From the IMG/VR virus record IMGVR_UViG_3300021090_000026, positions 1 to 55,589 of that record: a stretch of DNA of 55,589 bases; one strand, given 5' to 3'. Numbering within the stretch: position 1 is the first letter of the stretch; each line of letters opens with the position of its first letter. Positions 28,372-37,026 of this stretch are shown piece by piece. The notes under the pieces are model-generated. The model was not told the DNA's origin. It saw only the letters and a list, made by a program, of their open reading frames with translations, and made no database searches. This stretch comes from a virus (taxonomy: Duplodnaviria; Caudoviricetes). A program made the position numbers and the translations under genes.

Positions 28372-28616
28372 CCGACTCCTCGGGATGTCAGAAGAATGAT
28401 GATCCTCTCTTCTCCCCGGGGCCCGCTGTATCCGAGAACAGCGAAGTGTTCCTTTTCAGGAACAACGATTCTTTCTCCCGACTTCGTGGTCAGAAGGACC
28501 GTTTTGGTCGTTGCACAAAGTTCGGGAAGTAACTTCAGAAGGGTTTCGAAGACGAGGCAAGCGCTCGGTGCGAGGAATTTATCGAACCGATCGACGATGA
28601 AATCATGAACATTCAT
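28341..28616 (-). CDS. SH3-like miniprotein
   Basis: 'VPEKEHFAVLG..LLTSRGVG'. Confidence 0.55.
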   Translation of the reverse strand: MNVHDFIVDRFDKFLAPSACLVFETLLKLLPELCATTKTVLLTTKSGERIVVPEKEHFAVLGYSGPRGEERIIILLTSRGVGCCLLLQELI

Positions 28617-28863
28617 AGAAGTAATCCGTAATCCTCTTCCTGAGTTCGTAGAGGTAGAAGTACGAGTACCCTTCGTTGGTGAGAACTAACCAAGATCTTT
28701 CTCCGAGCACATCACCGATCGCAGGTTCGAAGACGACCACAATCTCTCCCTCGGAGAGCCTATGGATTCCTTTGCACGGAGACGTGGGAAGATCCCATGT
28801 CCATTGGCTGAAAACGTCGTCCGAGTCGAGAGCTTTCGCCTTGAAAATCCGAACTGTCAACAT
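28603..28863 (-). CDS. SH3-like miniprotein
   Basis: 'LSEGEIVVVFEP..LVLTNEGYSY'. Confidence 0.6.
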   Translation of the reverse strand: MLTVRIFKAKALDSDDVFSQWTWDLPTSPCKGIHRLSEGEIVVVFEPAIGDVLGERSWLVLTNEGYSYFYLYELRKRITDYFYECS

Positions 28864-29138
28864 AGTTCGATGAATCTGCGAGAGGGATTCCATCGACCTC
28901 GGACGGTGAAGAACAACACGCTCATTCTGTTCGAAAGAACGACCGTTCCCATTCCTCGCAAGTTAGGAATCTCGCTGGGAATGTATTCTTTCACGATGAA
29001 AATCAGACCGGGAGATACTCCCGAGTGTTTTCTATAGTGGCCCAACCAGGAGTCGTACTTTGGTTCAAACACCATCGTGTGCCTGATTAATTTCCCTACG
29101 AAGGGTGCAGTCAAAAGATCCCAACGAGACGGAAGCAT
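28857..29138 (-). CDS. Small beta-rich hypothetical protein
   Basis: 'VSPGLIFIVKE'; TGATG overlap. Confidence 0.55.
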   Translation of the reverse strand: MLPSRWDLLTAPFVGKLIRHTMVFEPKYDSWLGHYRKHSGVSPGLIFIVKEYIPSEIPNLRGMGTVVLSNRMSVLFFTVRGRWNPSRRFIELC

Positions 29139-29521
29139 CAGAGCAGCGGAAGTTCGCCCGTGATGGGATCCAACTTCTCAGCCTCGTCTGGACCGAATGC
29201 TGCGCACGTTAAAGTCGCTACACCATGGAATTCTGTCTTTCCAGAATCGATGATGTGACACACTTGTATGCCTGCCTTCCGAGCCTTGTTCATCAGCTCA
29301 CCGAGCTCTTTCTCAGAATTGACGCTCACGGTGATCTTAGCAAATCCCTCTTTGAACCACCGTTGCTCTGCAGCAGTGAGATTGATTTCCATCCTGGACG
29401 GATCATTCGATGTGTTACGATCGGAAAGGAACTTCATGGACGCATGCGAAGCCTGCGCACACATCTTTCCCTTTCGCATCAAAAGATCTTTTCTAATGAC
29501 GATAACTTGCTTAACACTCAT
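29138..29521 (-). CDS. pth2: Peptidyl-tRNA hydrolase, Pth2 type
   Basis: 'KQVIVIRKDL.MRKGKMCAQASHAS','KITV','DSGKTE..TCAAFGP..DPITGELPLL'. Confidence 0.92.
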   Translation of the reverse strand: MSVKQVIVIRKDLLMRKGKMCAQASHASMKFLSDRNTSNDPSRMEINLTAAEQRWFKEGFAKITVSVNSEKELGELMNKARKAGIQVCHIIDSGKTEFHGVATLTCAAFGPDEAEKLDPITGELPLL

Positions 29522-29531
29522 TTTCTATGGC

Positions 29532-29786
29532 TCAATATGAATTTTTCTCTAGACGAATGTTGTCAGCATTTCGCAATTCAGCTCCACGATCGTGGTTCAC
29601 CAATGTCTCAACACAGTCACCACAACAAAGCTGCGTTTTCGCGTAATTGTACGCTCCCCACCCATGGGTCTTAACAAGCTTCCATGTAGAAGGAGCGTCT
29701 ACATGATCATCGAATGTGTAAACTTCGAAACTTGCCGCGTGGCAGTAGTCGCAAGTGAAACGACACATTTTAAAGAAATGGATCAA
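29532..29786 (-). CDS. Zn-ribbon hypothetical protein
   Basis: CDYC..CGDC. Confidence 0.55.
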   Translation of the reverse strand: MIHFFKMCRFTCDYCHAASFEVYTFDDHVDAPSTWKLVKTHGWGAYNYAKTQLCCGDCVETLVNHDRGAELRNADNIRLEKNSY

Positions 29787-29977
29787 AATCTACCACCCGA
29801 GCGACGAGGTTCGTTTCCCAGAGGGAACATTTCCTTCTCGAAAGCGTCCAGCATTTCTGCGAGCTCTTCAAGACGATGACCTTCCGGAGTTCCCATTTCA
29901 GAATCCCATAACGTTTCGAGCTCTGTAAGGAGCACGTAGTACTCCTCAACGGTTTGTATTCGATGCTTCTCTGCCAT
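29783..29977 (-). CDS. HigA-antitoxin-like N-terminal domain without HTH
   Basis: 'IQTVEEY..LETLWDSEMGTPEGHRLEELAEMLDAFEKEMFPL'; TAATG overlap. Confidence 0.65.
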   Translation of the reverse strand: MAEKHRIQTVEEYYVLLTELETLWDSEMGTPEGHRLEELAEMLDAFEKEMFPLGNEPRRSGGRF

Positions 29978-30297
29978 TAGATCTTCTTGAACATGTAGTC
30001 GAAATCCAACGTAATTCTCTTGATATACACCGGTCCGTACTTGAAACTGTACAAGAGCCACGAACTACCGTTGTCACCTGTTCGATGTTGACCGTTCGGT
30101 AGAGGTCCTCTGTAGACGATTACCGACTCTCCAGTATCGAGTCGAACGTACTGCGATAACGAGACGTCGAGTGCATCTTTGTGGTAGCCTGCGATGTGCG
30201 CGTACTGGGTGAAGTTGATTTGACACAGGACGGGTCCGGAATACGCAAATTCCCTGGCCAGCTCGTTGAAATACTGTTTTCGACTCTTTTTCGCCAT
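29977..30297 (-). CDS. SH3-like miniprotein
   Basis: 'LDTGESVIVY..LLYSFKYGPVYI'. Confidence 0.6.
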   Translation of the reverse strand: MAKKSRKQYFNELAREFAYSGPVLCQINFTQYAHIAGYHKDALDVSLSQYVRLDTGESVIVYRGPLPNGQHRTGDNGSSWLLYSFKYGPVYIKRITLDFDYMFKKI

Positions 30298-30381
30298 CTT
30301 CGATCGCACAGTGCCTCCAGACCTACCAATACAGTTATACCATATGATGTCCCACGATTCATCTTCTGGACCTGCCAGGTG

Positions 30382-30783
30382 TCACTCAGAAGCACCGTCG
30401 GGGAAACACATGCTGCACCCTCCTCCACATCGAGTGCCGGTCTCTTGGTTGTAGAGAGCGTGCTTCAAGGGATCCTGCTCGTTATCGGTGATCGCGCTGT
30501 CTAAAAGAGACATGAAGTACTTCTTCACACGCTCGAGGCTCATGCATTCTGTATCGATGAACAGGCCTGCCGGAGTCTGGATAAGTGACACCTCTCCGAA
30601 CCCGAATCCTGGTTCGCTGAATGACAGCACGACGACGGCCTTCTTGGGCACTTCGAGGTCACATCCCAGAACAACTTCCCCTTCGGCCTCGGGAAGCTCG
30701 GATTGCATCTCGCACGAGGCGTGCCGAATTTCTATCTTCGTGGGCAGACCCTGGAGTACCTCGACAAATTTATCATCGTTCAT
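30382..30783 (-). CDS. Hypothetical protein
   Basis: RBS AGGAG; acidic ORF ending in Cys motif. Confidence 0.6.
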   Translation of the reverse strand: MNDDKFVEVLQGLPTKIEIRHASCEMQSELPEAEGEVVLGCDLEVPKKAVVVLSFSEPGFGFGEVSLIQTPAGLFIDTECMSLERVKKYFMSLLDSAITDNEQDPLKHALYNQETGTRCGGGCSMCFPDGASE

Positions 30784-30797
30784 ATCGGTATCGTCTC

Positions 30798-31106
30798 CTA
30801 CAGGTACATTTCGTCCCACTGAGTACCATCCGTCGCCGCGAGCTTATTGATGATGTGAAACATGGTCACAATGCCGGATGGGGTCAGAAGAATCCAGCAA
30901 TTGTATGCATTGTGGATTGATTGTTGAAACGGGTCGGTGAGAAATACGCAGATGGATTGAGCATCGTCTGGGCCTAAGCATCCCACCATGTCGGACAACG
31001 GATTTCCGTTCTCATCGTGGAAGACATCGTCCAAGAGATAGGCGACATCTCCCTTACGACCGGACCCATAAGATTTTCGCTGCGTAGTTTCTAGTCCTGT
31101 TCGCAT
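30798..31106 (-). CDS. SH3-like miniprotein
   Basis: 'RKGDVAYL..VFLTDP..ILLTPSGIV'. Confidence 0.55.
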   Translation of the reverse strand: MRTGLETTQRKSYGSGRKGDVAYLLDDVFHDENGNPLSDMVGCLGPDDAQSICVFLTDPFQQSIHNAYNCWILLTPSGIVTMFHIINKLAATDGTQWDEMYL

Positions 31107-31342
31107 TCTTTGATATCTCTCCCTTCTATCCAGACGATGCCCTTCGAAGAAAGGCAGAGGTGATCTCCGTATTCGGGATTCCTCAAACCTAGATCTATGA
31201 AAAATTCTCCCGGGAGAAGAATCACCGAAAGACCGTCGTGGTAATCTTCCATTACGTAGGTGTGGACAGGATCATCTGAGACCTGAATCACACGTCCGAC
31301 CCTCCACGGGAGGGAGAGCGAATTCACCGGCAAGGGGTACAT
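31091..31342 (-). CDS. SH3-like miniprotein
   Basis: 'LLPGEFFIDLG..LCLSSKGIVWI'; RBS GAGGAG. Confidence 0.6.
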   Translation of the reverse strand: MYPLPVNSLSLPWRVGRVIQVSDDPVHTYVMEDYHDGLSVILLPGEFFIDLGLRNPEYGDHLCLSSKGIVWIEGRDIKECEQD

Positions 31343-31695
31343 TTCTCCTCCCAATCATTCTCAGAAAAGACGAAATATCCCTTACGCATGTACCTCGTCC
31401 AGATCATCGTTTCGCTGGCAGCGTCGACGAATATGAAAAAATCGAGATCCTTCGGGTCGTAGAGGACCTTCTTATTCGCACGGGACTTACGGGTCCTGAA
31501 GACCAATTTTTCATCCTGCGCGCCACGAGTCGTCTTCACCTGGATCTTCACCCAACGTGTTCCTCGTTTCCTGATGGCAACGTCGTAGGGGAGGGTGTTG
31601 TCACGTTTAGTAACATCATCAACTTCCCAACCACGGCCCTTGCAGAAATTCTCTACGAGTTTTTGACCCTTCTCCGCCACAGCATTGTTCCGCAT
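31324..31695 (-). CDS. PD-(D/E)XK endonuclease (group I intron-associated type)
   Basis: 'PYDVAI..KIQVKT..Y...DLDFFIFVD'. Confidence 0.75.
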   Translation of the reverse strand: MRNNAVAEKGQKLVENFCKGRGWEVDDVTKRDNTLPYDVAIRKRGTRWVKIQVKTTRGAQDEKLVFRTRKSRANKKVLYDPKDLDFFIFVDAASETMIWTRYMRKGYFVFSENDWEEKCTPCR

Positions 31696-31731
31696 CGAAA
31701 AAGCTAAGCTCCGTATCTTAAGAATAAGTGA

Positions 31732-31977
31732 TCAGATGATAGAAAATAGTTCGTCGAAAGTTCGATCTTCGTCGTCGCCCCATATCACCATGGGTAGATC
31801 AGTTTTGGAGAAAAGAAGAACGATGTACCACGTGTGATTTCTGCCGCGCACCGGCCTCGTCGCAGAACTGAGTATGATCATTTTCGTCCCGGCGGGAAGG
31901 TACTTCGCCAGGACACGGTGGGACTGTTCGTCCAACGTGGATGCTGTGAGCAGTGATATTTTGGATTGAACGATCAA
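31732..31977 (-). CDS. SH3-like miniprotein
   Basis: 'LPAGTKMIILS..WYIVLL'. Confidence 0.55.
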   Translation of the reverse strand: MIVQSKISLLTASTLDEQSHRVLAKYLPAGTKMIILSSATRPVRGRNHTWYIVLLFSKTDLPMVIWGDDEDRTFDELFSII

Positions 31978-32336
31978 TGGGAGACGTCCAGCATTCTTTT
32001 GACGCGAGGCAAGATACCCCCGTCACCCGGACACGTTTGAAACGTGATCCATCCCGTCCCACGAGACGTGTGAAGGATGAACTTCGTTATCGATCTGAAG
32101 TTGTCGATTCCGATTTCTATCACTCCTGGGATGATGTCCAGCAGGATCACGTGTTCACCTCGTGAAACCAACCCTCGAGCAGCGTAGTTGTTGACTGGCA
32201 ACCCCCACAGTGCAAACAACTCGCTGGTCTTGTACACTCCAGGGCAGTCGTTGAGTTTGAGAAACTCTTCAATGTCTCTCTGGGATTCTTGGAGCTTCCA
32301 GCCGTAGTGTTTCCACTGTCTCTTCTTGCTATTCAT
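31974..32336 (-). CDS. SH3-like protein
   Basis: 'VSRGEHVILLD..ILHTSRGTGWI'. Confidence 0.6.
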   Translation of the reverse strand: MNSKKRQWKHYGWKLQESQRDIEEFLKLNDCPGVYKTSELFALWGLPVNNYAARGLVSRGEHVILLDIIPGVIEIGIDNFRSITKFILHTSRGTGWITFQTCPGDGGILPRVKRMLDVSH

Positions 32337-32803
32337 TACATCGACGGCATCGTCGTGCTCTGATCCCTGACGAGGAGAGACGTCATTGTATTTCTCAAAT
32401 CATTGAGAACTTCAGGATGAGTCTTTTCCAGATATTCGAAGACCTGGGAGTTGAATTCGGGATATCCGCTGCGAGTTCTGGTGATCTCATCGAGGTTCAA
32501 CCATTCCAGCTCGCCCTCATCCGAAGCTCTAGGATCGCCCTCCCATTCAGTGGCGAACCAGCAGCGAGTGAAGAAGGGCTCTCCGCCCTTCACCCTGATC
32601 GGTTCCTCACGTTCGTAAACGTGGATCATCTTCTTCACGATTAATCCGGTCTCTTCGAGCACTTCACGAATCGCTCCCTCTTCGGGAGTTTCACCGGGTT
32701 CTCTCTTGCCTCCAGGAATTCCGAACTTCGTTCTGTCTTCTTTGCGCTCAACAGCAAGGATCTTTCCATCCTTGATGATAATAACGACGCCAGCTTCCCT
32801 CAT
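32336..32803 (-). CDS. NUDIX hydrolase
   Basis: Nudix box 'GGKREPGETPEEGAIREVLEETG'. Confidence 0.9.
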   Translation of the reverse strand: MREAGVVIIIKDGKILAVERKEDRTKFGIPGGKREPGETPEEGAIREVLEETGLIVKKMIHVYEREEPIRVKGGEPFFTRCWFATEWEGDPRASDEGELEWLNLDEITRTRSGYPEFNSQVFEYLEKTHPEVLNDLRNTMTSLLVRDQSTTMPSM

Positions 32804-32991
32804 TTTACTTCGATCACAGTGAGTTCACCGCACCTCAGTCTATAATTCGCTTCATCGACGATCGCGCTCGCAGGACCCAAAATTTGTCCGCTGGTGCAGA
32901 GCAAATGTTGACCATCTAAGACAACGTAGAAGAATCGTCTTTCATTTTTAACTTCGGTGAGAATCGTTCCGAGCTTGAGTTGGCCTAACAT
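32800..32991 (-). CDS. Small hypothetical protein
   Basis: 'LKLGTIL..YVVLD'. Confidence 0.5.
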   Translation of the reverse strand: MLGQLKLGTILTEVKNERRFFYVVLDGQHLLCTSGQILGPASAIVDEANYRLRCGELTVIEVK

Positions 32992-33731
32992 AGACGTTGG
33001 GTTTCTGCGTCGTAGAACACGGCATCTTCTGGTAAGCCAACGAGTCCGTGGGAGGTCAGGTAGAGCATGTCTCCGTCAGAATGACGGGTGCCCATCGACA
33101 TCACTATTTCACCCGGATGGAGCCAAATTCCCCATCCGTCGTTTTCTGCAATCCAACTCATCGAATGAACTTCTTCGAGTATTACGAAGATGTCTCCTAT
33201 CACAGACGGGGTGAATTCTCTTCCTCTCTCGTCCTTCATTCGTCCTGCAATACTCTGAGTTTCTGGGAATTGATCTCTATTTCTAGACGGTACGCCGGGG
33301 CCATTACGACGAGTCCTGTTCGATTGAAGAGGAACACCATCGGTTTGCGAGAACCCACCAAGATGTATGCCATCTCCCAACGACCTGTACGAGTGTTCTT
33401 GCGTTGTAGCACGCTTCCAATTTTGGGCAATGGCAACGTCGTTCTTCTCCGAGTCGAACGGTTTCAAAGCTACGTTTATGTCGTGTTTATACACTCCGAT
33501 TATGCCAATTCCGAACTTCGAAAATCCGAACAACCAAATCATGTTGTATTCGTCGTCGGGTTTTTCCCATCGAAAGAATTCCATGAAAAGATCTCCGCAA
33601 TCTAACCACACACCACCCTTACCGGAGGGAGAGAACCAGGTCCCTACTTCGAACCATGTTCTTCCGTCGAAGCGAGGCGAGATCGTCCAAATCTTGCTAG
33701 CAAAGTCATCCTTGTATTTGTATTCTACCAT
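32985..33731 (-). CDS. ORF with two SH3-like units (possibly two genes, second starting near MKDERG)
   Basis: 'LDCGDLF..SKFGIGII' and 'LHPGEIV..YLTSHGLVGL' joined by low-complexity linker. Confidence 0.5.
   Translation of the reverse strand: MVEYKYKDDFASKIWTISPRFDGRTWFEVGTWFSPSGKGGVWLDCGDLFMEFFRWEKPDDEYNMIWLFGFSKFGIGIIGVYKHDINVALKPFDSEKNDVAIAQNWKRATTQEHSYRSLGDGIHLGGFSQTDGVPLQSNRTRRNGPGVPSRNRDQFPETQSIAGRMKDERGREFTPSVIGDIFVILEEVHSMSWIAENDGWGIWLHPGEIVMSMGTRHSDGDMLYLTSHGLVGLPEDAVFYDAETQRLC
33236..33436 (-). CDS. Small hypothetical protein nested in another frame
   Basis: 'LPKIGSVL..YILVG' resembles 32800 and 35582 products. Confidence 0.45.
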   Translation of the reverse strand: MPLPKIGSVLQRKNTRTGRWEMAYILVGSRKPMVFLFNRTGLVVMAPAYRLEIEINSQKLRVLQDE

Positions 33732-33735
33732 AGGA

Positions 33736-33972
33736 TCACCGCGGGTTCATCGGAGAAAATTCCACAGATGCTTCAAGTCCTTCGAACACCCACACCACGA
33801 TTCCACCGATGAAGAAAAGGTCGAAGCTCCCATCTTCACCATCCGGGCCAAGCAAGACAGATTCATTCATGAAGATACCGATATCACCGTAGCGGATCAG
33901 GTAGACGATCTTTTCGAAGACTTCGGGTTTGGCACACCCCACTCGCTGTCGCATCATTCTGCGTAAGCTCAT
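33736..33972 (-). CDS. SH3-like miniprotein
   Basis: 'IRYGDIGIFMN..FFIGGIVVWV'. Confidence 0.55.
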   Translation of the reverse strand: MSLRRMMRQRVGCAKPEVFEKIVYLIRYGDIGIFMNESVLLGPDGEDGSFDLFFIGGIVVWVFEGLEASVEFSPMNPR

Positions 33973-34244
33973 CAGAGCTCTTCGATCCAAGGATGCCATC
34001 CACCTGGAGCGCAGACAGCCCATGCTCCCGTTCCATCTTCCATGATGAGAGCAACGACATCTTTCGGACCGTTATCGCCGGGGTCGAGCACATTTTCGAA
34101 AATGTCTCCCACAGGAGGTCTGTGAACAACATCACCCACTTGTAGTGCGATGGTACCCGGCTCGATCCAAAATCTGTTGGAAAAGTAGTCGAGATAGGGT
34201 ACTCTCGACAAACTGCCCATCTGTTTGAAGCGAATAATCTTCAT
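33972..34244 (-). CDS. SH3-like miniprotein
   Basis: 'IEPGTIALQVG..LIMEDGTGAW'. Confidence 0.55.
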   Translation of the reverse strand: MKIIRFKQMGSLSRVPYLDYFSNRFWIEPGTIALQVGDVVHRPPVGDIFENVLDPGDNGPKDVVALIMEDGTGAWAVCAPGGWHPWIEEL

Positions 34245-34265
34245 CGTACTTGAACTATTCTATCT

Positions 34266-34541
34266 TCACTCGACGAGGGTTAGGTAACCGCTGATCAGTT
34301 GTTGGCTAGAAGCTTTCGCGATTCGTATCCATCCAACACCAGCACACGAAAGAACGAGAAACGATAGGATGTCATCGAAAAGACACGTTTGAAACAGAGG
34401 ATCACTCAAAATTACCATCGTGCTCCCTTTTGGAATTATGAACGTTCCACCGCCGCGCATAAGAGTTTTGTCGTAATTGGAAACTACGATATCCTGCTTT
34501 TTGATCTTGTGTTGGAAGCCCCACACTTCGTCAAGGTTCAT
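34266..34541 (-). CDS. SH3-like miniprotein
   Basis: 'IPKGSTMVILSDP..LVLSCAGVGWI'. Confidence 0.65.
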   Translation of the reverse strand: MNLDEVWGFQHKIKKQDIVVSNYDKTLMRGGGTFIIPKGSTMVILSDPLFQTCLFDDILSFLVLSCAGVGWIRIAKASSQQLISGYLTLVE

Positions 34542-34583
34542 CGTAGACTTCTTCCATTGCTTACGAGCAAGAGAATAATTTAT

Positions 34584-34847
34584 TCAGTTGCTCGATTGAA
34601 GTGCAGCCTCTCTTTTCATTTCGTGCAAAAAGTTGAGGAGATACTCGGCGTATCCTTTGTCTGTGCTTCCGTCCTTTTCTATCTCTTCCATACAGGTCTT
34701 TTCGACCAACTTGTAGACGGCCTCGGTACCGAATGTTTTCTCGTAGTCTTCGAGCGCTCGGGCAGCCACTCGAACCACGTCAGGGATCTCTTCTCCCTTT
34801 TCGGTCAGCTTTTTCTTGGCGAAATCTGCGAACTTCTTGACGGACAT
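34584..34847 (-). CDS. Hypothetical helical protein
   Basis: Charged 87-aa ORF. Confidence 0.6.
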   Translation of the reverse strand: MSVKKFADFAKKKLTEKGEEIPDVVRVAARALEDYEKTFGTEAVYKLVEKTCMEEIEKDGSTDKGYAEYLLNFLHEMKREAALQSSN

Positions 34848-34850
34848 TTG

Positions 34851-35336
34851 CTAAGCAACTTTCTTTCGAACTACGTGAAACGTGCAATTTCTTGCGTTAT
34901 GACCCACACCTATAACGAGCTCTCCGTCCTTGCGCATCTCGAATCGACCCGTGGCAACAGCGTCGGTTAAACATTGGGAGAACGCTGCTCGGGAGATGGG
35001 TTTATCGAGAGGTCCGAAGTTTTCGTCCTCTGCGATGGAAAATAGCTCTTCCAGATCGAACCCGTCAGCATGACGAAGAATTTCAGAGACGTACTGGGCT
35101 CGAGTGACGGTTCCTTGAAACGGGTTGAATGATCCCCTTTTGTCGAAGTACCAATCCCACCTGCTCGAGACATGATTCGTGATGTCATGGACGTTTCCTG
35201 TGACGATGTCAACGAGCCTACGATCCTCTCCGGTTTTGAATGTATCCCCCTTGTTGATGAGGATGAGGAAGTCGTTCGTATCGAATGTTGTGAATGTTCT
35301 GCGTGCTACAAAGGTATCGTTTTTACTGAAAGTCAT
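34851..35336 (-). CDS. Hypothetical protein
   Basis: 161-aa ORF in array. Confidence 0.65.
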   Translation of the reverse strand: MTFSKNDTFVARRTFTTFDTNDFLILINKGDTFKTGEDRRLVDIVTGNVHDITNHVSSRWDWYFDKRGSFNPFQGTVTRAQYVSEILRHADGFDLEELFSIAEDENFGPLDKPISRAAFSQCLTDAVATGRFEMRKDGELVIGVGHNARNCTFHVVRKKVA

Positions 35337-35363
35337 CTAAGATGAGCCTCGGACGAAGAAAGG

Positions 35364-35585
35364 TTAGAAGATCGAAGAAACGCAAATCACGGAGGAACTA
35401 GCGTACGTGTAGTGTTCGATCTTTCCTTCGGAATCGAGCCAAAAGACCCGCACCCTATTCGTCTCTAAGTGTTCAACAGATACCACTATGTGAAACACTA
35501 GAGGGGGAAGAAAGGGACCCGCGAACACATCTCCCGCCTTCATCGTCTCGGCCAGAAACTCCCTCCTCGCGGCGGGCATCGTCAT
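35364..35585 (-). CDS. Small beta-rich protein
   Basis: 'MKAGDVF..IVVSV..WLDSEGKI'. Confidence 0.55.
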   Translation of the reverse strand: MTMPAARREFLAETMKAGDVFAGPFLPPLVFHIVVSVEHLETNRVRVFWLDSEGKIEHYTYASSSVICVSSIF

Positions 35586-35800
35586 AGAACGACTTGCCAC
35601 CATTTACGCTTGATGTAAAGCAGGACTAGACGATGGAAATTTTGACTACTCGTCACACGACCAGAGGGTTCGAACCATTTGTTTTTACCGAGGTACAGGT
35701 GAGGACCAACGACTAAATAGTTTTGTCCCAGCGACGCTGGGACACCTCCGTCAATCGGAATTACAACGTCCCCTCTCGAGACGATTTTTTTGCTGACCAT
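35582..35800 (-). CDS. Small hypothetical protein
   Basis: 'VSRGDVVIP..YLVVG'. Confidence 0.5.
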   Translation of the reverse strand: MVSKKIVSRGDVVIPIDGGVPASLGQNYLVVGPHLYLGKNKWFEPSGRVTSSQNFHRLVLLYIKRKWWQVVL

Positions 35801-35803
35801 TTA

Positions 35804-36034
35804 TCAGTCCATCACTCCGACCTTGCGGGCGAAGTCTCGGAACCCTCTCTTCGCGGCGGCGGCGATGTTCTTTTCCACGTGTCTCTCGTACTGCCACCAG
35901 TCGAAGAAATCGCAGCGTTCCTCCTCGGACATCTTCACCACGATTTTTGCGATTTTGACGTAGTCCCGAGCGTGGTCGATCATATCTCCGACGGACCGAG
36001 ACTTCTTCAGCGAGACCGGTTTCTTTTCATCCAT
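35804..36034 (-). CDS. Hypothetical protein
   Basis: Coupled ORF. Confidence 0.55.
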   Translation of the reverse strand: MDEKKPVSLKKSRSVGDMIDHARDYVKIAKIVVKMSEEERCDFFDWWQYERHVEKNIAAAAKRGFRDFARKVGVMD

Positions 36035-36252
36035 TGTTCGTAATCCTCCAGAGCATCATTTGATGCGTGGGAAATCCATCCCACACCGAGACTACACAAG
36101 ACAAGAGTCTTCGCACCCCGCGAGGTGCTGCAGGATATTGGTTCGCAAAGGACAATCACTATCATTCCTCTCATCGCAGAATATTTCATATACATTCCGC
36201 TAGAAAAGAACAAGTCACGGGTGATTCTGTAGATCGAATCGACTACGATCAA
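36007..36252 (-). CDS. SH3-like miniprotein
   Basis: 'AMRGMIVIVLCEP..LVLCSLGVGWI'. Confidence 0.65.
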   Translation of the reverse strand: MIVVDSIYRITRDLFFSSGMYMKYSAMRGMIVIVLCEPISCSTSRGAKTLVLCSLGVGWISHASNDALEDYEQWMKRNRSR

Positions 36253-36563
36253 AGTGCCTGCTCTTCAGAGTGATGGCAATGAATACCACCTTCAGGGCAA
36301 GTTTTCACAGAAACCCTGTGCCCGTGGCGACAGCAGTCAGGACATGGAATGTACCCAACCAAAGCCATTCCCCAACGGGTCATCATCTTCTGATGTCTTC
36401 GTCTGAAATCGCGTCCCTCTTCAGCGAACATCCAATCCATGACGTAAAAACGGATGCAACACCGTGGAATTCCTGAGTGGAGCCCACAGTCGATCGTTTG
36501 CGGTAGATGACGCATACGTCGAAGCATGCCATCGTAAGATATTTTCATGAGATCACAATCCAA
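36249..36563 (-). CDS. Cys-rich hypothetical protein
   Basis: 'GIPRCCIRFY..GYIPCPDC'. Confidence 0.6.
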   Translation of the reverse strand: MDCDLMKISYDGMLRRMRHLPQTIDCGLHSGIPRCCIRFYVMDWMFAEEGRDFRRRHQKMMTRWGMALVGYIPCPDCCRHGHRVSVKTCPEGGIHCHHSEEQAL

Positions 36564-36777
36564 GCTTCGATGATCGTCGTCTAGTTAGCTCGGCAGTGTA
36601 GACGTTCGCTGTCGTTTTGACCTCCTCAGCGAAGCACTTCTCCTCGTAGGAGGCATCGCCGCGTGTAAGGTACTCGATCACCTCCCTGATATCGCTGACC
36701 GCATTCTCAAGCTCTTTTTCCGTCATCTCAACGGATTTTTTCACTCCGGCAGTCGAAACAATCTGCATTCTACCCAT
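36553..36777 (-). CDS. Hypothetical protein
   Basis: RBS GAGG; first gene after promoter. Confidence 0.6.
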   Translation of the reverse strand: MGRMQIVSTAGVKKSVEMTEKELENAVSDIREVIEYLTRGDASYEEKCFAEEVKTTANVYTAELTRRRSSKLGL

Positions 36778-36794
36778 ACAACACCTCTATCTTA

Positions 36795-36823
36795 ATTTTA
36801 CCACAAGATCCACACACGTTCAT
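36795..36823 (-). promoter_or_regulatory. Promoter ATGAAC-N17-TAAAAT (TGG extended -10)
   Basis: Repeated promoter family. Confidence 0.7.
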
Positions 36824-36831
36824 CGAATGAA

Positions 36832-37026
36832 TTAGAGAAGGATCCAACCAGATTTGGTCCAAATTTTTCTCTCCGCAAGAAAGTGGCTGGGACCATTGTA
36901 ACGCTTACTCCAGCATATGACGACAGGATCATGTTCAGGGTCAAACATGTCAGTTAATACGATTCGTATTTCGTAGTTTGCGTGATACCAAATCTCTCCC
37001 TTCTGGAGAAACTCTGGATCAGACAT
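36832..37026 (-). CDS. Small hypothetical protein
   Basis: 'LQKGEIWYH'. Confidence 0.5.
   Translation of the reverse strand: MSDPEFLQKGEIWYHANYEIRIVLTDMFDPEHDPVVICWSKRYNGPSHFLAERKIWTKSGWILL

Noticed and set aside
30297-30384. TGA read-through joining 30382 and 29977 (same frame, single stop)
   Set aside because: One-in-three chance of being in frame, no SECIS-like support seen, and both ORFs look complete.
31324-31695. Group I intron around the PD-(D/E)XK nuclease
   Set aside because: Flanking ORFs are separate complete genes, leaving no room for an intron core.
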